A DNA stretch of 37,207 nucleotides, from the NCBI RefSeq assembly GCF_014697575.1, contig NZ_JACJSC010000008.1, forward strand, positions 157,075 through 194,281, in the 5' to 3' direction. Below the pieces are notes generated by a model. That model worked only from the letters and a program-made list of their open reading frames with translations. It was not told the DNA's origin and ran no database searches. Positions 9,461 through 16,190 of this stretch are shown piece after piece. The position numbers and the translations under genes are program-made. Origin of the DNA: Planktothrix sp. FACHB-1365 (lineage in GTDB: Bacteria; Cyanobacteriota; Cyanobacteriia; Cyanobacteriales; Microcoleaceae). The stretch's first letter is position 1. Each line of letters opens with the position of its first letter.

Positions 9461-11200
9461 ATGACATCAATTCCTAGTGCTTATAAAAAAATCCCGATGA
9501 TGTTTCGCGCTCAAATTCCAGGGCGCAGTCAACTGCAATATTTAGATCCTCAGAAAAAAAGCCAAGGCGAAGATCAGGACGTGGAACGTTGGGTTGATGA
9601 ATGGATTGATCAAGCGGAGTTTATCTCTGAGGAAAACACTCAGGATATTGCAACCGCTACTTATCAAGCCAAGTCCTATGACATCTCTTGGCGGTTTGTC
9701 ACCAATGGCGGACAGGATGATGGAATGCTTCGCCCTGTAATTGGGGCTTCGGGGATTCCCTTTTATCCGGGTAGCAGTATGAAGGGGGCTTTTCGCCAAG
9801 CTTGTCAGCAAGCGGAAGATGCAGGTAAAGTCCCCCCAGGAACTTGTAATTATTATTGTGGGGATGAGTTAGACATCACCCCAGGGTTATTGCGGTTTCA
9901 GGGTGCTTACCCGATTAACGATTGGACAGAGGGTTTACTCGATTTAGTTCACCCGCAACAAGGTTGGCAGTTGATGACTCAGAACACCAATCAAAAACCG
10001 CAGGGGGAGAGTCCCTATGCCCAAATTTCCCTTTATAAGCCCAGGCTTCGGTTTGCCATTTCTAGCCCGAAATCGTTGTCAACCGATCAATGGGCGCAAA
10101 TTTGGGAAATTTGGCAACGAGCGCTGGCAATGGGTCTAGGATCAAAAGTTTCCACAGGCTACGGACAAATTAATCAAACGTCCCATCCGGTTCTGTTTCG
10201 GGCAAAACTCAAAGGTCAGGGACAAGCTGCCAAATTAATTGACGGGAGTGGCGAGTTTCGTCCTAATATTTTCCGCGCTGCTTTGCGAGGTCATGCGTTA
10301 AGAATTTTTGGAGGTTTAACGGATAGTAGAACCGCAGAACAATTAGTTGAGGATTTGTTGGGTGGTATTCAGCAAAGAGATGCAACCGTTGGGTTATTAG
10401 GGTTTCAGTTTCAGGAATCTAATTTAGAGATAAAATCCTTTGGTTCTGGAAATTATGCTCAACCTGCTTATAAGGTTGAAGGAGAATTAACTTGGTTTTT
10501 AGCGAAACCTTTAGCGGACTCAAATCAAGAAGCGATTTTGAAAAAATTAGTCGCAAAGTTAATGCAGTTTGCAATGATTTTTGGCGGATTTGGCAAATCT
10601 TGGCGACGGGCTGATCACCGCAAGTTTTTCCCAGACTATTATGAAAATGGCTACAAAGCTTTAATTGGTTGTCACTGGCAATGGTTAGGAGAAAATAGTC
10701 AACGTCGCTATGTCAAAGTCAGAAAATTAGATCAGGTGGGTAGCTTTTTAGATGGGGTGCGAGCAACTGCTAAAGAATGGATACAATCTCAAAATAAACC
10801 TTTACAAGAAAACCAATGGGCAAATAATTGGCGAGAGTCATGGCATCCGAGTAATGTTCAAGTTTGGGGTCGAATTGCTGAAGATGCTGACAATAGTATA
10901 GCGGTGCGTTGGTTTCATCAACCTTATCAAGAAAGAATCCAAAACTTTCAGCTAGAAAAAACAATTTACAACACTCATATTACAGGAAGAATGGGGCAAA
11001 TTAGTTTGATTTGTCATCGAATGTATCCTGCAATTAAACTTCTCAACAATCCAGAAGATCCTAACAAGCCGATTGTCAGACAAACTCCTAAATTTTTGGA
11101 ATTAATTACCATTTTTCCAGATAATTCACCAGAATGTAGAGATTTTTTGAATTTTTTAAAGCAAAATCCAGAAGACTTTCAACAACTTTGGGGGAACTAA
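9461..11200 (+). CDS. cmr6/cmr1: Cmr6-Cmr1 fusion protein (two Cas7-family RAMP modules in one 579-aa polypeptide)
   Basis: Residues 1-245 carry Cmr6 signatures: SWRFVTNGG...GIPFYPGSSMKGAFR, LRFQGAYP, and C-terminal LAMGLGSKVSTGYGQ. Residues 250-579 carry Cmr1-like signatures: RPNIFRAALRGHALRIFGG...EDLLGG and G-rich loop MIFGGFGKSWRR. No separate cmr1 gene in the window. Confidence 0.7.
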   Translation: MTSIPSAYKKIPMMFRAQIPGRSQLQYLDPQKKSQGEDQDVERWVDEWIDQAEFISEENTQDIATATYQAKSYDISWRFVTNGGQDDGMLRPVIGASGIPFYPGSSMKGAFRQACQQAEDAGKVPPGTCNYYCGDELDITPGLLRFQGAYPINDWTEGLLDLVHPQQGWQLMTQNTNQKPQGESPYAQISLYKPRLRFAISSPKSLSTDQWAQIWEIWQRALAMGLGSKVSTGYGQINQTSHPVLFRAKLKGQGQAAKLIDGSGEFRPNIFRAALRGHALRIFGGLTDSRTAEQLVEDLLGGIQQRDATVGLLGFQFQESNLEIKSFGSGNYAQPAYKVEGELTWFLAKPLADSNQEAILKKLVAKLMQFAMIFGGFGKSWRRADHRKFFPDYYENGYKALIGCHWQWLGENSQRRYVKVRKLDQVGSFLDGVRATAKEWIQSQNKPLQENQWANNWRESWHPSNVQVWGRIAEDADNSIAVRWFHQPYQERIQNFQLEKTIYNTHITGRMGQISLICHRMYPAIKLLNNPEDPNKPIVRQTPKFLELITIFPDNSPECRDFLNFLKQNPEDFQQLWGN

Positions 11201-11204
11201 AATT

Positions 11205-12845
11205 ATGATTTTATGGATAGTGACCATTGGTAGCAGTGATGTTCAGCTTGATAGTGATAAAGCGAATCGAGACAAGGGCAGAACTGAAAAACAACGCAGT
11301 AATATCGTTTGGCGAAATTGGTATAATGATGATATTCTATATGAATGTTATGATGTTTCGTTTGAGCCTCAACCTATTTTCCAAGATGTTAAAGAATCTT
11401 ATCGCATCGTGGCTCGAATTTTAGGGAAGGTTTATCAATTAAGTTCAGAAAAAGTTAAACAACAAATTGAAACCTATTTAACGTTTCCGTTGCTGAGTAA
11501 CTTTGTTGAAAAGTTGAAAACGATTGAAGTTCCTGATGCAATCGCCTTTATTTTAACGGATCAATCACAGATTTTTCAAGACAATGCTCAGAGACGACAA
11601 CCTAAATCTCCCTATTGGCAAGATACCTGTGAATTAAAACCGATTCTTGAGAGTTATTTTAAACAAGAATTCCCCGGAGTTGAACTGATTCCTCTACAAT
11701 TGTCTCCACCCGATAAACCGGGTTTAGATGATTGGGATCGGGTTTTGAATTTAGTTCAGAATGAATTCGCTAAAATTCAATTAGAGCCGGATATTGTTTA
11801 TGTGAGTCATCAAGCCAGTACCCCGGCAATTTCTTCAGCAGTTCAGTTTGAAAGTTTGACTTTATTCGGTCAACGAGTCAAATTTTTAATTAGTAATGAA
11901 CAAGATTCTAACTTAACTCGTTTTATTGATCGGTCATCTTATCTCAAAAGAATTCGCCGACAAGAGGCTTTGGCATTACTCAAAAATTATGATTATTCAG
12001 GGGTTTACCAATTACTTAAAGAGGATATACAGCAATCTCAAAAAGCCATAGAACAACAAACTTTAGAGAAATTAGAGATGGCGATGCTCTGGAATTATGC
12101 TAAGTTTAAAGAGTTTTTGGAGCGTCGATTAAATTTATCTCAAGAAGCGACAGAAATCTGGTGGGATGAAAATTGGTGGCAACCTGTGTATGAAGCTGCT
12201 TATTTAGCAAAAATTCGATTTAAACAGAGTAATATGGTTGAGGCATTTTTTCACGGGTTTCGAGCCGTTGAAGCCGCATTTTTAGAATGGGGGAAACATG
12301 AATTTAAAGCTCATATCAAACTCGACCTCGACAATGAACGTTCTTATTTACAACCTTCGATCCTTGATGATCCTAAAAATTATTTTAAGGGGGCAAAAAT
12401 CAACCTAGAAAATCCTAAAAAAACGAATAGCCTTGGAAAATTAAAGATTAAATTTCAAGAGCTTGCAGTCAAACTAGAAACACTGGGAGAAAACGACCAA
12501 AAACCTAAAGGAATACTCCTTGCTGGCGAAGATTTATACACGCTATTTAGAATTGAAAAACCAAACTGCCAAAACATAGTTGATTTTAAACGTTTTTGGG
12601 CGCAAGACGGTATTTGTGACAAGCGAAATAAAAATTTTCATCAATTACAAGGTTTGTCAGAAGTTGAAGTTTTTAAAGACTGGGAAGTAGAAAATTTAGA
12701 GCAATGGGAAAAACGAGTTTTAGTTTATCTAAACTTTATTGCTAAAGACAATCTACCTCAAGAATTTACATCTCTTGAAGAAGCGAGTTTAATGGCAAAA
12801 CTTCACCAAGAGATTGAAGAAGCGATCGCATCTTATCAACCTTAA
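11205..12845 (+). CDS. csx1: Csx1-like CARF-HEPN ribonuclease (cOA-activated effector), 546 aa
   Basis: N-terminal CARF-like beta strand plus loop MILWIVTIGSSD; later IAFILTDQS and VYVSHQASTPAISSA. C-terminal HEPN R-X4-H motif in CDKRNKNFHQLQG. Only 4 nt after cmr6/1. Confidence 0.65.
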   Translation: MILWIVTIGSSDVQLDSDKANRDKGRTEKQRSNIVWRNWYNDDILYECYDVSFEPQPIFQDVKESYRIVARILGKVYQLSSEKVKQQIETYLTFPLLSNFVEKLKTIEVPDAIAFILTDQSQIFQDNAQRRQPKSPYWQDTCELKPILESYFKQEFPGVELIPLQLSPPDKPGLDDWDRVLNLVQNEFAKIQLEPDIVYVSHQASTPAISSAVQFESLTLFGQRVKFLISNEQDSNLTRFIDRSSYLKRIRRQEALALLKNYDYSGVYQLLKEDIQQSQKAIEQQTLEKLEMAMLWNYAKFKEFLERRLNLSQEATEIWWDENWWQPVYEAAYLAKIRFKQSNMVEAFFHGFRAVEAAFLEWGKHEFKAHIKLDLDNERSYLQPSILDDPKNYFKGAKINLENPKKTNSLGKLKIKFQELAVKLETLGENDQKPKGILLAGEDLYTLFRIEKPNCQNIVDFKRFWAQDGICDKRNKNFHQLQGLSEVEVFKDWEVENLEQWEKRVLVYLNFIAKDNLPQEFTSLEEASLMAKLHQEIEEAIASYQP

Positions 12846-12858
12846 CCATTCATTAACT

Positions 12859-12886
12859 GTAGGGGTGAGGCGCGCCTCACCCCTAC
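12859..12886. repeat. Perfect 28-bp palindrome GTAGGGGTGAGGCGCGCCTCACCCCTAC between the two CARF genes; candidate attenuator, terminator or operator
   Basis: Direct reading: 14-bp arms with no loop. Shares the GAGGCG/CGCCTC core with the tandem repeats at 20144-20206. Confidence 0.6.
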
Positions 12887-12949
12887 GAAATTCTAAGGAA
12901 ATCGAAATATTTTTAGGTTTAATTGTTGAATTAATTGAATTAAATCATT

Positions 12950-14224
12950 ATGACAAGTATTGTTTTATCCTTTGTTGGCAACCAAGATCCCTTTTCTGAC
13001 CAGACCACAGAAGAAGGTTCTATTGTTACTTTAATTCGGTATTTAATGGCAGAAAAAAATACAATTAATCGGGTTATCCTATTACATACAGCCGAAACCC
13101 AAGAACGAGCAGAAGCGACTAAGGATTGGTTAAAAGATGAACCTTTAAATTTATCTCTTGATCAGATTGATATTATTCCGGTTGAAGATATTCTTTCCCA
13201 AGATCCTGTTAATTTATTGGCGGCTGTTCAAGAAGCTAGAAAAGGATTAGATTTAGCGAAACAATATCTACAAAAAGGTGATCATTTAGAGTTTAATGCG
13301 TCATCGGGTACACCTGTAATGAAGTCAGCTTGGAGTATTTTACAAGCGGCTGGTTACGCGCCTCATAGTTCGGTTTGGCAAGTTAGAAACCCTAAACAAA
13401 TGCAGTCGGGACAACCGAGAGTTTTTTCGACAAATGTGGAGGTTTTAAAAAATGAATTTGATTTAAAAGTAATTCAACAACAAATTTTAGATTATAATTA
13501 TAGTGGAGCTTTAGCAACAGTCAAAGTTAGTAATTTATCGACAGAATTGATTGAAGCCTTGTTAAAATATGCTGATTATCGGATGGCGTTTGATTTTGAT
13601 TTAGCATTTACGGCGATTCAACCTTGGAAATCTGATTTAGAATCTCAGTGGATTTCGGAAATTTCTAGTTTACGTCAAAAAAATAAGCCTGCTTTATTAA
13701 AAGAAGTTTATTTTAAGGCGTTTATGAAACTTAAAAATCAACAATATGCTGATTTTTTGGTTGATGTGTTTAGATTTCAAGAAGGGTTTCTTAGATTTGT
13801 TGTAGAAGAAACCCTGAAAGTAAAACTTCCTAAAAAAAGGTCAGAAATTGATCAGTTCTGGGCAACTCTCAAGCGAATAGAAGGGGGTCGTTTTTATAAA
13901 AGCTTAGAAAATTATCGTTTACCTAATGGCAAAAGCTTAGATCTTAATGGTTTTATGAGTCGGTTAATTATGATGATTATTCTGGAAATATCGCCCCAAT
14001 TCTGCCCCCTCTATTCACAAATAGAAACGTTAAATGAATATTGTGAACAACGTAATCAATTTATTCATGATTTTGAGGGAATTTCGGAAATTGATGAACC
14101 GGAGAAAGTTAAAAAAAATATGCGAGAATTATTGCAAGTGATTACTCATGTTCCGAAAATAAATCCTTATGATATTCTCAACCAAAAGATATTTAATTTG
14201 TTAGAATCTAGGGTTAAAAATTAA
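12950..14224 (+). CDS. csm6: Csm6-like CARF-HEPN ribonuclease (second cOA-activated effector), 424 aa
   Basis: CARF signatures IVLSFVGNQDPF and EFNASSGTPVMKSAWSIL (N/D-x-S-x-GT-P-M motif). HEPN R-X4-H in CEQRNQFIHDFEG near the C-terminus. Size typical of Csm6. Confidence 0.65.
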   Translation: MTSIVLSFVGNQDPFSDQTTEEGSIVTLIRYLMAEKNTINRVILLHTAETQERAEATKDWLKDEPLNLSLDQIDIIPVEDILSQDPVNLLAAVQEARKGLDLAKQYLQKGDHLEFNASSGTPVMKSAWSILQAAGYAPHSSVWQVRNPKQMQSGQPRVFSTNVEVLKNEFDLKVIQQQILDYNYSGALATVKVSNLSTELIEALLKYADYRMAFDFDLAFTAIQPWKSDLESQWISEISSLRQKNKPALLKEVYFKAFMKLKNQQYADFLVDVFRFQEGFLRFVVEETLKVKLPKKRSEIDQFWATLKRIEGGRFYKSLENYRLPNGKSLDLNGFMSRLIMMIILEISPQFCPLYSQIETLNEYCEQRNQFIHDFEGISEIDEPEKVKKNMRELLQVITHVPKINPYDILNQKIFNLLESRVKN

Positions 14225-14315
14225 TATTTTACCTTTTGATTTTACTCAATAAGCTTAAAAATAGCCAAAACATTCAGTTATTTGTAGGACATTAAAACAT
14301 TATCAAGGAGCTATC

Positions 14316-14597
14316 ATGTATATTTCTAGTCGTGCCATTGTTGTTCGGAATTTTGCGATCGCTATTGTCAATGGAACAATTACCTTAATTATCCTGTTAA
14401 TTGCTCCAGTGGGATTAGCCGCCGTAATTAGTAATACTTTTTTAGTGACAATTGCCACTTTTTTTACCGCCACTATAGCTGATGGTATTATTCGATTTCT
14501 GCAACCTTCTCGCTCTATGGGTGAAATTCCTTTACATCAAAATACGACCTATTCTTCTGAATTAGATTCTCGTTCATCCCATGAGATTGATCGCTAA
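14316..14597 (+). CDS. Small hydrophobic protein (93 aa, about two TM helices) inside the cas operon
   Basis: Strong RBS AAGGAG 7 nt before the ATG. The body is a long hydrophobic stretch; the C-terminal roughly one-third is polar (PSRSMGEIPLHQNTTYSSELDSRSSHEIDR). Stop lies 3 nt before cas1. Confidence 0.45.
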   Translation: MYISSRAIVVRNFAIAIVNGTITLIILLIAPVGLAAVISNTFLVTIATFFTATIADGIIRFLQPSRSMGEIPLHQNTTYSSELDSRSSHEIDR

Positions 14598-14600
14598 ATT

Positions 14601-15593
14601 ATGTTAACATTGTATGTGTCTGAACAAGGATGTTATCTAACTTTAGAAGCCGAAAGTTTGTTAATCAAAAAGGGGAAGGAAGTCTTAGCAGAAGCTCAAA
14701 TTCCCCTGCTGGAACAAGTGTTAATTTTTGGTAAATCTCAAGTGACGACTCAAGCGATTCGAGCTTGTTTATTTCGTAATGTTCCGATAGCTTATTTATC
14801 TCGCATGGGATATTGTTATGGTCGAATTTTACCGGTTGAACGGGGATATCGGCATCTATCTCGCTATCAACAACAACTGACTAGAGTAGACCGTTTAATT
14901 GTAGCTCGTCGCATTGTACAAGCGAAACTGAAAAATAGTCGAGTGATTCTCCAACGCCAAGCTCGTCGTCAATCTTCTGAGGCGATTACTTTTGCAATTC
15001 AAAGTTTAAATCATTTGATGGAAAAGGTAATAGAAGCAGAAAGTTGGGAACGATTAATGGGGTTAGAAGGTGCAGCGGCTTCTCAATATTTTTCGGCTTT
15101 GGGTGACTGTTTAACTCATCCTAAGTTTGTGTTTACGGTGCGATCGCGTCGTCCCCCTGGAAATCCAGTCAATGCTTTATTGAGTTTTGGGTATCAAGTT
15201 CTGTGGAATCATCTTTTAAGTTTAATTGAACTTCAGGGACTTGACCCTTATTTCGGGTGTTTACATCAAGGAACTGAACGTCATGCTGCTTTGGCTTCGG
15301 ATTTAATTGAGGAGTTTAGAGCACCGATTGTGGATTCATTGGTGATGTATTTAATTAATCGCAATATGATTGATGCAAATACGGATTTTACTTACCATGA
15401 TGGCGGTTGTTTTCTGAATGATTCGGGTCGAGTTAAATTCTTAAAGGCGTTTCTGCAACGAATGGAGGAAAAGTTAACAACTGTGGCGGGAGAAAATCAA
15501 CCTCGATGGGATATTTTGACTCAACAGGTGAAGCTTTTTAAGCAATTTGTTTACAACCCGATTGAAGGATACCAACCTTATGAGTTGCGCTGA
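14601..15593 (+). CDS. cas1: Cas1 integrase
   Basis: LYVSEQGCYL...IPLLEQVLIFGKSQVTTQAIRACL...PIAYLSRMGY is a typical Cas1 N-terminus. 330 aa. ATGA overlap with cas2. Directly upstream of the CRISPR leader. Confidence 0.9.
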   Translation: MLTLYVSEQGCYLTLEAESLLIKKGKEVLAEAQIPLLEQVLIFGKSQVTTQAIRACLFRNVPIAYLSRMGYCYGRILPVERGYRHLSRYQQQLTRVDRLIVARRIVQAKLKNSRVILQRQARRQSSEAITFAIQSLNHLMEKVIEAESWERLMGLEGAAASQYFSALGDCLTHPKFVFTVRSRRPPGNPVNALLSFGYQVLWNHLLSLIELQGLDPYFGCLHQGTERHAALASDLIEEFRAPIVDSLVMYLINRNMIDANTDFTYHDGGCFLNDSGRVKFLKAFLQRMEEKLTTVAGENQPRWDILTQQVKLFKQFVYNPIEGYQPYELR

Positions 15594-15874
15594 TGTTATT
15601 TTATATTGTTGCCTATGATATTCCTTGTGATAAACGTCGTCGCAAAGTGGCGAATTTATTAGAGGGATATGGAAAGCGGGTTCAATATTCGGTGTTTGAG
15701 TGTGTTCTACCTGAATCAAAATATCTTGAGTTACAGAAACGCTTGAAAAAACAGGTGAATTTGGCGGAAGATAATCTGCGGTTTTATCCTCTTTCTCGCC
15801 ATACTTGGGGAAGTGTGGAAACTTGGGGTCAGGGGCCAAAGATTACTGAGTATCCGAGTTCGTTGATTGTTTAA
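15593..15874 (+). CDS. cas2: Cas2
   Basis: MLFYIVAYDIPCDKRRRKVANLLEGYGKRVQYSVFEC is the canonical Cas2 N-terminus (vYDi..d+rR.kv.k.L..yG.RvQySVF). 93 aa. Confidence 0.88.
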   Translation: MLFYIVAYDIPCDKRRRKVANLLEGYGKRVQYSVFECVLPESKYLELQKRLKKQVNLAEDNLRFYPLSRHTWGSVETWGQGPKITEYPSSLIV

Positions 15875-16190
15875 AGAGGTTGGGGAGGCTTAGGAAAGTT
15901 TGATGAGCCTCGCCAGCTTTCTGGGTAAGGGTTTCGTTTTTTTGCCCGGACATGAAACCAGGGGTTTGGATGGGGAAGTTTAGGAGGGATCATCAACGAA
16001 ATCATGGGCTTGCGAGGCTCAGGCAAAATGGCTGTAATACTGATTCTCTCATTGGGAGCCTCGATATTGCTCTGGGTAAGGATTCTGGCGATTTTGGCAG
16101 CAGGCAAAATCGGGTTTCAGCCAACGGTTTTCCTGAGCCTCGCAAATGCCTACTAGACAGCCGATGGTGTCTGGGTTTAAAATAGGGGGA
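15875..16190 (+). promoter_or_regulatory. CRISPR leader
   Basis: Lies between cas2 and the first repeat. Contains a 14-nt inverted repeat pair (TTGCGAGGCTCAGG at about 16008-16021 and CCTGAGCCTCGCAA at about 16132-16145). Further GAGCCTCG(C) copies at about 15903 and 16056. Two AGGCAAAAT motifs. Hairpin CGATTTTGGCAGCAGGCAAAATCG. The degenerate repeat at the far end of the array places the leader here. Confidence 0.6.

Noticed and set aside
11227-11424. 65-aa ORF in an alternative frame inside csx1, and 12814-12999 ORF spanning the csx1/csm6 gap
   Set aside because: 11227-11424 is embedded in a motif-supported CDS. 12814-12999 runs across the 28-bp palindrome and into the csm6-like start with no independent support.
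15871-16185. ORFs 15871-16107 (-) and 15952-16185 (+) in the CRISPR leader
   Set aside because: They overlap the leader's inverted repeats and have no RBS or motifs. The leader is expected to be non-coding.
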